From NCBI GenBank assembly GCA_945898515.1, contig CAMDIH010000003.1:991-64990 (forward strand): a stretch of DNA of 64,000 nt, written 5' to 3'. Both the position numbers and the translations under genes were made by a program. Each line of letters begins with the position of its first letter. Within the stretch, counting starts at the first letter, position 1. This DNA is from Candidatus Neomicrothrix parvicella RN1 (GTDB lineage Bacteria > Actinomycetota > Acidimicrobiia > Acidimicrobiales > VFJN01). Under the pieces are notes generated by a model that was not told the origin of the DNA, did no database searches, and worked only from the letters and a program-made list of their open reading frames with translations. This document shows, piece after piece, positions 56,304 to 64,000 of the stretch.

Positions 56304-57251
56304 TCAGCCCCCTTCGGCGGCGAGGAGGGCCGCACCGATGGCGCCCGCCCGATCCCCTAGTGCGGCGGCCACGATGGGCACCGCCGGTCGTCGGTCACCT
56401 GCCATCACGAGATCCGAGAAGCGCATCTGCACCTCCGGCAGGAGGAGGTCAGCCGCCTCCACCAGACCGCCACCGATCACAATGACAGCGGGATCGAGCA
56501 CATTGACGAGGTTGGCCAAGCCGAGGGCGATCCAGTGCGCCAATTGCCCCACCACCGTCAACGCCTCTGCGTCCCCGGCCCGGGCCGCCGCGGTGACGTG
56601 TTCACCTCGTAGGGCTTCGGGGTCCCCGCCGGCTCGCTCGACGGCTCCATCAAGACGCCCTCCATAGGCTGCGTCACGTCCGAGCCGAGCAAAGCCCGTA
56701 CCCGACGCGAACCGCTCCCAGCAGCCGCGCTTCCCACACGGACACGGAGGGCCGTTGGGGTCCACCACCATGTGCCCGGGCTCGCCGGCGAACCCGTTCG
56801 CCCCGCGCAGAAGCCGTCCGCCGGTGATGATCCCCGCCCCGATCCCCGTGCCGAGTGTCACCACGAGCGCCTCGTCGTACCCGCGGGCGGATCCGGCGGC
56901 CTGCTCGGCCACCGCGTGACAGTTGGCGTCGTTGTCCACCACCGTGAGCCGGCCTGACCGTTGGGTGAGAACCTCGGCGAGGGGTACATCGTGCAAGCGC
57001 CGGAGGTGCGGACCCATCCGCAAGGTGCCCTGACGATCGACCAAACCGGGCACCCCCACCCCAACCCGGGCGGCGGGGGCCGACAAGCCAACCACCAGCG
57101 CTAGGAGGGTATCGACGAGGCCATCGCCACCCTCGGGCGTGGGCACTCGCTGCTCGGCTCGGACCACATCGGGGCAGGACGGGTCAAGAGCCACGCCCAA
57201 CACCTTGGTGCCGCCCACATCAATCCCGATGGTCTCCACGACCAACAGCAT
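56304..57251 (-). CDS. ROK-family glucokinase
   Basis: ATG 57251. GIDVGGTKVLG, the zinc motif CPCGKRGCWE, and the C-terminal IGGG. Confidence 0.88.
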   Translation of the reverse strand: MLLVVETIGIDVGGTKVLGVALDPSCPDVVRAEQRVPTPEGGDGLVDTLLALVVGLSAPAARVGVGVPGLVDRQGTLRMGPHLRRLHDVPLAEVLTQRSGRLTVVDNDANCHAVAEQAAGSARGYDEALVVTLGTGIGAGIITGGRLLRGANGFAGEPGHMVVDPNGPPCPCGKRGCWERFASGTGFARLGRDAAYGGRLDGAVERAGGDPEALRGEHVTAAARAGDAEALTVVGQLAHWIALGLANLVNVLDPAVIVIGGGLVEAADLLLPEVQMRFSDLVMAGDRRPAVPIVAAALGDRAGAIGAALLAAEGG

Positions 57252-57292
57252 GCCCGCCGGGGGCCAGCGGCGAGGCCACCCAACGCCCGGCC

Positions 57293-58408
57293 CTAGTAAC
57301 GCAGCAGTGCCCCGATCCGTCCCAACACGTCGAGATCGGCGTTGCCCACGCAAATCGTCACCGGGACGCTCCGCGTCAGAGCCGCCTCGAGGCAGCCTTC
57401 GACCACATCGTCCACCCGCAGCATCGCCACTCCGTTGGCGGGGTTGGTGGGCCCCACCAACCGGAGGGCGTCGGTGGCGGGACAACGCCATCCCGCTTGG
57501 GCAAAGCCACGTGAAATGAGCAGTCGCTCGACGCGATGTTCATTGAGCGCCTGCAGTGTTGGCCCTAGTCCAGCCACCCCCTTGCCGCCCCCAGCCACCG
57601 CCTGGCGCAGCCGCGCTACTAGGGCCGTCTCCTGTCCTCGCTCCACGCTTAGTTCCACCTCTTCCGCGGCGCGCTGGACGTCGACGGGGGCAGCCCCCAC
57701 ACCCAAGGGGACCCGACCGCAATAACGCTCGCGAAGATACGGGTGCAGATTCTGTACGAGCTCGCTCACGATGGCATCGGGGCCACCGATCACGAGGTGA
57801 TGGAATCCTCGGTCCTGCCAGAGGTCGAACGCGGCCTGCGCGGCGTGACGGAGATGGCGTTGGGCCAACTCCTTGCGGTGCGGTGCAGGGGTATCCCGCT
57901 CGCGCTCCCCCCGAGTGGTGAAACCACGCCGCGGTGCATCCAACCATTCGCAGTGTTCGATCAACTCGCCCATAGCGAAGACGTACAACTGCACGCGCTG
58001 CTTGTCGGCCAAGAGCACCCCGACGGGTTCGTGCTCCTGCAACATCAACTCAAGTTGGCCCACCGCCGGCGCATGGTTGATCACAAGTTGGGATTGCACC
58101 GGCTTTGGTAGTTCGATGACCTTCCACAAGCCACAAGCCGAGCCGGCGAACATCGCCAGCCCACGAGCATGATGTCGGTCGATGCCAGCCCGGACGAACG
58201 CCTCGATCCGGTTGAGGTCTTCGTGCACCGACGGGTACCCGTTGGCCCGTAGTCGAGCGCCCCGGAGCAACCCATCCAACTCGTGCTCAACATCGGAGCG
58301 CCGCAGCAGCCGACGGCCGTCCACGTTGAGGTAACAGGAAGTGACCGGAACGGTGTGTCCCCTGAGCCCAGCTAGTTCCCGAATGGCGGCTTCGGTGATG
58401 ACGACCAC
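57293..58408 (-). CDS. eRF1/Pelota-like protein (bacterial archaeo-eukaryotic release-factor, baeRF-type)
   Basis: 371 aa. N-terminal VTSCYLNVDG, a central host-attachment-like region (HRKELAQRHLRHAAQAAFDL...HHLVIGGP), and a C-terminal eRF1-domain-3-like region (GVAGLGPTLQALNEHRVERLLIS...GRIGALLRY). No GGQ motif. Confidence 0.5.
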   Translation of the reverse strand: MVVITEAAIRELAGLRGHTVPVTSCYLNVDGRRLLRRSDVEHELDGLLRGARLRANGYPSVHEDLNRIEAFVRAGIDRHHARGLAMFAGSACGLWKVIELPKPVQSQLVINHAPAVGQLELMLQEHEPVGVLLADKQRVQLYVFAMGELIEHCEWLDAPRRGFTTRGERERDTPAPHRKELAQRHLRHAAQAAFDLWQDRGFHHLVIGGPDAIVSELVQNLHPYLRERYCGRVPLGVGAAPVDVQRAAEEVELSVERGQETALVARLRQAVAGGGKGVAGLGPTLQALNEHRVERLLISRGFAQAGWRCPATDALRLVGPTNPANGVAMLRVDDVVEGCLEAALTRSVPVTICVGNADLDVLGRIGALLRY

Positions 58409-58631
58409 TGCACCTCCGTGTCAAAAAGGACGCCCTGATCGTAGGTCACCCGGCAGGCCCGTGCGCTGAGCACGGTGCATGACATGCATGGCCGGCGTTT
58501 GGTTCGGGGAGCACGATCGCGAGGGCCCGTGCGGGGGACACGATCACCCGCCTTGGAATCCCGGGGATTGTCGGGCGAGTGCCCTCGGGGGATGGCCGTA
58601 CCCGGCCCCGCAGCGACTGTTGTTTCGACCC

Positions 58632-58778
58632 GCTACCGCCATCGCCACCGGCGACCTCGATTGGTGGGCGTTGTTGGGCGACGGAGCCATCAAATGCTGG
58701 GGCAACAACAGCAACGGGCCGTTGGGGAACGGCACCACCCTCAACTCGACGGTTCCGTTGACGGTGACCGGGTACTGA
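58632..58778 (+). pseudogene. remnant of an RCC1-repeat (beta-propeller) gene
   Basis: The tail of ORF 58479..58778 reads AIATGDLDWWALLGDGAIKCWGNNSNGPLGNGTTLNSTVPLTVTGY, about 1.3 RCC1 repeats. It is followed by a stop and frame-shifted repeat-like sequence. Confidence 0.35.
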
Positions 58779-58888
58779 GTTGCCGGTGGGTTGACGGGCG
58801 GTTGAGTCGCCGGTCGGCGGCCTCGGCACCCGGCGACCAGCAGGAACCGGGCCCCCTGTCGCCCCCGCCATAGACCACCGCGTCGTCA

Positions 58889-59461
58889 CTACCCGGTGGC
58901 GTGCACGATCTTGGCTTGTTCGGCTCCCGCCAGTAGGACCCACTCCAACACGTCGGAAACGTCACTCACGATGATCACCTGCACATCCTCCGCCATGGTC
59001 CTCAACCGATCAAGCACATGGTGGCAGGCCGACCCATCGAGGTCATGGAATACGTCGTCGAGGAGAAGGGGCATCGCACCAGCCAACGAGGCGGCCCGAT
59101 GAGACCCCAGGCGTCTCAGTAGGTGCCACTCGATCTCCTCGGCGACGGTGGTCTCGTCGTCGCGCCTATTCGCCCCCCGGGTTGGCCGAGAGCCGTTGGA
59201 AGGCAGATCGCCCGCGTGCACCACTGGCCGTATCTCGCCCAGTCCCAGATCGATGAGGGCCAGCATCTCCTCCGAGAGGTCGAAGAGCACCCCGTGGGCT
59301 TCGACCAGCCCCGGCCCAACCGGGGCGGCCCCTTGGGCCATGCCCATCAGGGCGGCGACGAGGCGCAGGCGCTGATGCTGATCCATTCCTGCCACCACCG
59401 TGATATTCGGATGGAAGGCCACCTCCAGGCCAGGGGAGATGGTCAGCTTCACCAACCTCAT
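58889..59461 (-). CDS. degenerate ABC/SMC-head-like protein lacking Walker A
   Basis: N-terminus MRLVKLTISPGLEVAFHPNITVVAG, followed by MDQHQR where GxxGxGK(S/T) is expected. Signature-like LGSHR and Walker-B/D-loop-like MPLLLDDVFHDLD. The ATG lies 2 nt after the upstream stop. Confidence 0.55.
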   Translation of the reverse strand: MRLVKLTISPGLEVAFHPNITVVAGMDQHQRLRLVAALMGMAQGAAPVGPGLVEAHGVLFDLSEEMLALIDLGLGEIRPVVHAGDLPSNGSRPTRGANRRDDETTVAEEIEWHLLRRLGSHRAASLAGAMPLLLDDVFHDLDGSACHHVLDRLRTMAEDVQVIIVSDVSDVLEWVLLAGAEQAKIVHATG

Positions 59462-59463
59462 CC

Positions 59464-59736
59464 TTAGGACACCCGAATCCGCTGCACACCTTCGTCGCCG
59501 TCATCCTCGGCACCATCACCGGCCTGGGGGGTTACCGTCGAGCGCAGCCGATCGGCGGCGGCCGTCGCCACGGTGGCCACGGTAGCCACGATGTCCTGCA
59601 CCACCGTGGGGTCATCCAGAAGATCCTCGGCCGCATCCAAGAAAGCGCGCGATGCCTGAATCACCTCACGAGCAGCAGCCTGGAGATGCTCAAGAACCCT
59701 CTGGTCGGCGTTGTTTTGGTACTTAGGAGTGTCCAC
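59464..59736 (-). CDS. small acidic helical protein
   Basis: GTG 59736 with AAGGAG 6 nt upstream (59748-59743), both inside the 3' end of the ArsA-like gene. 90 aa with an Asp/Glu-rich tail. The ORF track lists TTG 59751 as the start. Confidence 0.55.
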   Translation of the reverse strand: MDTPKYQNNADQRVLEHLQAAAREVIQASRAFLDAAEDLLDDPTVVQDIVATVATVATAAADRLRSTVTPQAGDGAEDDGDEGVQRIRVS

Positions 59737-60907
59737 CAACGTCTCCTTCAAAGATCACCTTCAGACGGCCAGCCAACATCTTAGCGTCGAGGACTGCCCG
59801 ATTCCGGAGAGAATCGGGCAGGGTCACCGCCCGCCGGTAGGCCCCCACCTTGAGGAGCAACTCGTCGCCTTTACGGCCCAGCTCCACATCGTCGCGGTCG
59901 GCGAAAGGCAACTCGATCACCAGAGTGGTCCGTCCATTGCGGCGGGTCATCTTGAGCGGCTGTCCCTGGAACAAGATGGCCGCCGCATCGAGGTCGCCAT
60001 ACAGCCGCTGGGCGAACCCCCGGAGCGCGTCGACACCGATGAGTTCCTCCGGGGCGAGTTCCACCTTGAGCACCGGCAAGGGGGCAAACCCCTCCTCGAT
60101 GGTCTTCAGATGTTCGAGGTGAAGTTCCTTCCAGCGATCGAACCACGGATCGCAGACCCCCTCGGGGAGAAGCCGATTGACCACCACAGCATCCACCCGG
60201 TAACCGAACAGCGAGAGGTAGGTATAGGTGCGTCGGGCCTCGGCGATGACCATGCGCTCCGGATTCACGACCAGTCGCACACTGGAGCGGGCCGGGTCCA
60301 TGAGGATCTCTTTTACCCCCTCGAGTCGATCGTAAAAGGCGCTGGTGGCTTCGAACACCCCGTCGCCGGCCACCGGCAGGGACGTGAGACGCTGGAGCAC
60401 CGGCCCCACCACCCGATTCACCCGGCGACCGGCCGGAAAGAGGCGCTCCATGTAGCGGGAGAGGACGTCGGGAAGGGAGAGGAGGCGGATCGTCTCGGCG
60501 GTGGGAGCACAGTCGACCACCACGACATCCCATGCACCGCTGTCGGCATGCACCTTGATGTCGGAGAGCGCAAAGATTTCGTCGAGGCCCGGCACAACCG
60601 ACAGTTCCTCGGCCTCAAGGCCTTCCACACCCGCCCAGGAAAACACTTCTCGCAGGTACTGCTGAATCTCGTGCCAGGACTCCTCCATCCGCTCTTGAGC
60701 ATCGAGTTGCTGGCCCCATAACGATTGACTGATCACCACCGGCAGGGGACCCAAGGGCAGGTCGAAGGCGTCGGCGAGGGAATGAGCCGGATCGGTGGAT
60801 AGCACGAGCGTGCGCAGGCCGACATCGGCACAGGCCAGCGCAGTGGCCGCCGCCGTGGTGGTCTTACCCACACCACCCTTGCCGGTGAACAGCAGGACGC
60901 GAGTCAC
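59723..60907 (-). CDS. ArsA/Get3-family ATPase with a C-terminal HSP20-like domain
   Basis: Deviant Walker A FTGKGGVGKTT, STDPAHSL and DCAPT. The last ~85 aa are beta-rich (TLVIELPFADRDDVELGRKGDELLLKVGAYRRAVTLP), resembling an ArsA_HSP20-type domain. Confidence 0.85.
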   Translation of the reverse strand: MTRVLLFTGKGGVGKTTTAAATALACADVGLRTLVLSTDPAHSLADAFDLPLGPLPVVISQSLWGQQLDAQERMEESWHEIQQYLREVFSWAGVEGLEAEELSVVPGLDEIFALSDIKVHADSGAWDVVVVDCAPTAETIRLLSLPDVLSRYMERLFPAGRRVNRVVGPVLQRLTSLPVAGDGVFEATSAFYDRLEGVKEILMDPARSSVRLVVNPERMVIAEARRTYTYLSLFGYRVDAVVVNRLLPEGVCDPWFDRWKELHLEHLKTIEEGFAPLPVLKVELAPEELIGVDALRGFAQRLYGDLDAAAILFQGQPLKMTRRNGRTTLVIELPFADRDDVELGRKGDELLLKVGAYRRAVTLPDSLRNRAVLDAKMLAGRLKVIFEGDVGGHS

Positions 60908-60934
60908 CGATGACCCAACAAACCTGCTGTCACC

Positions 60935-61378
60935 TCAGGACTCAATGTGGGCCCGCAACTCGCGGAGCGCCGTATGAATGATTTTTATTTCCGCCCGCCG
61001 CTTCACGAAACCGGGGATGGGAATAAGTAACTCCACTGCCAAATGGTAGGTGACCTGGGTGCCACCAGGGAGGTCGACGGCGGGCTCGAGCAGGTACGAA
61101 CCATCGAGTCGGCGCATGATGTCGCCGCTCACCAACTCCCAACTGATCCGACACGGGTCGTCGTGGTAGGTGTAGCGGAGGGTGTACTTGGTGCTCCGGC
61201 CCATGGCGGCCGCCCGATAACTGACCTCTTGGCCCCGACCGCGGGCATCACGGGAATCCACGGTGACCCCTTTGATATCCAACGCCCAGGAGGGATAGCG
61301 CTCGAAATCCACGAGACGCTCCATGATGCGCTCCGGCGAAGCGGCAATGTCCATCGTCTCAGTTGCTTGCTCGGACAT
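60935..61378 (-). CDS. SRPBCC-family (START/polyketide-cyclase-like) protein
   Basis: 147 aa with IAASPERIMERLVDFERYPSW...YTLRYTY...LDGSYLLEP, typical of the family. Confidence 0.75.
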   Translation of the reverse strand: MSEQATETMDIAASPERIMERLVDFERYPSWALDIKGVTVDSRDARGRGQEVSYRAAAMGRSTKYTLRYTYHDDPCRISWELVSGDIMRRLDGSYLLEPAVDLPGGTQVTYHLAVELLIPIPGFVKRRAEIKIIHTALRELRAHIES

Positions 61379-61426
61379 TCCTACATTGTGGCCGAACGAC
61401 GCGAGGTGGTCGATTCCCCCACTGGG

Positions 61427-61879
61427 TCACGCCACCTGCGGGTCAGGACGATCCTCGAAGTGGGCATACCGACCACCCCACAGGGCCATGCATCCAAGAC
61501 CGAACAATGGCGCCAACACCCCGAAGGCCACCTCCGTAAAGGGGTGTAGCGCGGCCGCCGCCACCACCACCACGATCTCGAGCACCACTGCCCTCCGGAA
61601 CCCCCGTCGCACCGCGGGCGGGGCTGCCGGCGGCGACAGCAAGAACAGGCCAGGGATGCTCACGTCCTCGAGGCGACTACGCGAGATCCCCAAGGCGTAC
61701 GCCCACAGCAGCGCCACGGTGCCGATAAGAAAAAACAGACCGGCGATCGCCACATAGGCAGGGCCGAACCGGTCGGGAGCCACCGCCACCACACCGCTGC
61801 TCACCACCAACACACCGGTACCCACCCCGGTCACTCGCCAGAGGGCTCCGCCCTCGGGCCCTTCGAGCGCGTCAGCCAT
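61427..61879 (-). CDS. four-TM membrane protein
   Basis: ATG 61879 overlaps the GT4 gene 3' end by 8 nt. The upstream part of ORF 61427..62023 was rejected. Confidence 0.6.
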   Translation of the reverse strand: MADALEGPEGGALWRVTGVGTGVLVVSSGVVAVAPDRFGPAYVAIAGLFFLIGTVALLWAYALGISRSRLEDVSIPGLFLLSPPAAPPAVRRGFRRAVVLEIVVVVAAAALHPFTEVAFGVLAPLFGLGCMALWGGRYAHFEDRPDPQVA

Positions 61880-63008
61880 GCGCGGTGGCCTCCCATGCCG
61901 TGATGGCGGCTCCGAGACGCTCCGCCAGATCGTCATAGGCGAAGGAAGCCGCGGCCCGAGCCCGACCAGCGGCGCCGAAGCGCATCCGTTCAGCGGGGTT
62001 ATCCAGCAACCGGGCCAATGCATCGGCCACGGCGCGAGGGTCGTGCGGATCCGTGACGACCAAACCCGTTTCGTTGTGGACCACGGCCTCGGCGGCTCCC
62101 CCGCTGTCGCCGGCTACTTGGGCCACTCCCGTGGCGGCGGCCTCCAGGAACACAATCCCGAAGCCCTCCTGTTCCAACCCGGCCCATCGGTTCCGACAGG
62201 CCATGGCGTACACGTCGGCGCACCCGTACAAGCCCGGAAGATCCTCCTGCGACACTCGGCCCAGCAACCGCACTGGCGCGGCAGTTGCGGCGATCAGTCG
62301 GGCCAATCGGCGCCGATCACGTCCGTCGCCGCCAATGGCTACAACGAGATCGGGCCGGCTCGGGGCCAGGAGGGCCGCAGCCCGGATGAGTACATCCATT
62401 CCCTTACGGGGCACCAACCGACTCAGGCTCACCACCACCCGGCCTTCCACCGGAAGGCCCAGACGGACCCGGGCGGCGCACCGATCATCGTGACTCAGCG
62501 GCACGAACCGCTCGGTATCCACCCCGGGCGGCACGACCACGCTCGGCAGCGAGCGGCCGGCGGCGCGTTCCGCCTCGGCGAGGGGGTACCCCCCCGCCGC
62601 GATCACCAGAGAGGCACCCTGCAGTACGCCGCGCAAGGCCGAGCGGGATCCCGGCAGACGACCGGGCACGGTGATTTCGGCACCGTGGAGCACCACCCCG
62701 TAGGGACGTGAGAGGCGCGGGCCCACCAGCCCCACGGGTAACGCAGGGTCGAGTATCACCACCGACGCGCCCACGGCATCGGCGAGAACACCGATGCGGC
62801 GCACCAGGGCGGGGGTGGGCAGGAGCACCCGCTCACGGGTGCGCACCACGCGAAACGACTGGGTGGCATCCCAAGCCGCGGCACCGGGCGAGGGGGTGGT
62901 CAACACCACGAACGATGAGGGATCCAAACGGCGCCACAACTCCCAGAGCATGCTCTGGATCCCGCCGATTTTAGGTGGGAAATCGTTGGTGACAAAAAGA
63001 TGAGTCAT
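61872..63008 (-). CDS. GT4 glycosyltransferase, PimB'-like mannosyltransferase
   Basis: The N-terminus MTHLFVTNDFPPKIGGIQS is characteristic of actinobacterial PimB'-type enzymes. C-terminal EGFGIVFLEAAATG. Confidence 0.8.
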   Translation of the reverse strand: MTHLFVTNDFPPKIGGIQSMLWELWRRLDPSSFVVLTTPSPGAAAWDATQSFRVVRTRERVLLPTPALVRRIGVLADAVGASVVILDPALPVGLVGPRLSRPYGVVLHGAEITVPGRLPGSRSALRGVLQGASLVIAAGGYPLAEAERAAGRSLPSVVVPPGVDTERFVPLSHDDRCAARVRLGLPVEGRVVVSLSRLVPRKGMDVLIRAAALLAPSRPDLVVAIGGDGRDRRRLARLIAATAAPVRLLGRVSQEDLPGLYGCADVYAMACRNRWAGLEQEGFGIVFLEAAATGVAQVAGDSGGAAEAVVHNETGLVVTDPHDPRAVADALARLLDNPAERMRFGAAGRARAAASFAYDDLAERLGAAITAWEATAHG

Positions 63009-64000
63009 CAGGGAAGTCGACCGAGCTCGGCCTGCACGAGGGGGTCGGGGTCCTGGTCGAGTCCCATCAGTAGATCCTCGCGTCCCAACCGCCCGGCGGC
63101 CCAGACAGCGTGGGCGCGTAGCAAGCCATCGGGATGGGCAAGGTACCGAGCGAGCACCGCCGCCACCTCGGGGTCGTCGCCCATGCCCACATTGCCGAGT
63201 ACCACCAGGGCGTTGCGGCGCACGTAGCGCACCTCCCGGCGCCAGATGTACCAGCGGTGCGCATGCGCAAGAACCACCGCGTCATCGGCGTCGAGCAGGC
63301 TCAGTAACGGGGCCCAGGGCATCTCCTGGCCGCCGGGGCCCCGGATGGGAGCTCGAAGGTTCGGGGGGCACACCTCCTGGCACTCGTCGCAGCCGTAGAT
63401 GCGATCACCCAGGGCCACGCGGTAGTCGAAGGGGAAAACACCGTCGGCCTGGAGGAGCCAGGACAAACACCGGCGAGCATCAACCACTCCTGGAGCGGTG
63501 ATGGCGCCGGTCGGACACCCATCGCTGCAGCGAGTGCACGAACCACAGCGGTCGGCCACGGGCTCGTTGCTGGCCGAGATCACCGCGTTGGTGACCACAC
63601 TGCCCAGCACATACCAACTCCCGAGGCCCGGGAGGAGAAGATTGGCGTTCTTCCCCCACCAACCAAGGCCGGCCCGGTGGGCCGCGGCGCGATCCACCAG
63701 GGCGTTGTCGTCTACCAGAACCCGCGTGCGCCATCCGCAGGCGCGCAAGGCAGCGGCGACAGCATTCAGGCCCTGGGTAAGCGCGGCGTAGTGATCGTCC
63801 CAGGCGTAGCGGGCGATACGCCCTTGGGGGCCGTCGGGAGGCGCCTCCGCTGGATCCTCCACGAGATAACTGCGGGCCCCCACCACGATCGAGCGGGCCC
63901 CGGGGAGAGCCAAGGCAGGGGTGGTGGAGCGTTCGGGGCGACGATAGGTGAAGGCCATGCCGCCGTGGAGGCCCTCGGCCTTGCGGCGCTCAAGGGTGGT
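63008..64000 (-). CDS. queG: tRNA epoxyqueuosine(34) reductase (5' end outside the window)
   Basis: CGSCTRCSDGCPTGAI and CDECQEVCPPN ferredoxin motifs, with C-terminal HEAT-like repeats. The frame stays open to the window edge (…LERRKAEGLHGGMAF…). Confidence 0.85.
   Translation of the reverse strand, partial: TTLERRKAEGLHGGMAFTYRRPERSTTPALALPGARSIVVGARSYLVEDPAEAPPDGPQGRIARYAWDDHYAALTQGLNAVAAALRACGWRTRVLVDDNALVDRAAAHRAGLGWWGKNANLLLPGLGSWYVLGSVVTNAVISASNEPVADRCGSCTRCSDGCPTGAITAPGVVDARRCLSWLLQADGVFPFDYRVALGDRIYGCDECQEVCPPNLRAPIRGPGGQEMPWAPLLSLLDADDAVVLAHAHRWYIWRREVRYVRRNALVVLGNVGMGDDPEVAAVLARYLAHPDGLLRAHAVWAAGRLGREDLLMGLDQDPDPLVQAELGRLP

Overview
This window is GC-rich core chromosome with clearly actinobacterial gene order; the class-level guess (a deep-branching lineage such as Acidimicrobiia) is inference only. 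I saw no rRNA, tRNA, CRISPR array, transposase or integrase by eye. The backbone, in coordinate order, is as follows. (1) Menaquinone genes: menH-like, menA and menE. (2) Redox and housekeeping genes. (3) dnaE. (4) A block of bpa, an AP-family enzyme and an Rrf2 regulator. (5) The minus-strand series rluD-like, lspA and a DdbA-type H1-like/DksA fusion, divergent from ileS. (6) A complete division and cell-wall supercluster on the minus strand: mraZ, rsmH, ftsL, ftsI, murE, mraY, murD, ftsW, murG, murC, murB, ftsQ, ftsZ, pgeF, yggS, sepF, yggT, divIVA. This cluster is almost gapless and has no murF. (7) A lipoate-ligase-like gene, an orphan zinc-ribbon gene, an acyl-CoA dehydrogenase, a ROK kinase, and coaA-NUDIX-dinB. 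(8) A PIG-L/IMPase divergent pair. (9) mtrA-mtrB with a short GerMN-only LpqB-like lipoprotein. (10) glpK, an ACT/TetR pair, an aminotransferase, ppa and a ROK glucokinase. (11) The least-understood part: an eRF1/Pelota-like (baeRF-type) gene, a 480-bp gap holding an RCC1-repeat gene remnant, and a tight minus-strand block of queG, a pimB'-like GT4, a membrane protein, SRPBCC, ArsA/Get3 with an HSP20-like tail, a small acidic protein and a Walker-A-less ABC/SMC-head-like protein. Many six-frame ORFs are high-GC antisense or extension artefacts and were not called. Start codons were refined from the ORF track where stop/start overlaps or Shine-Dalgarno sequences were visible. No database search was possible, so all family names rest on motifs I recognise in the translations.
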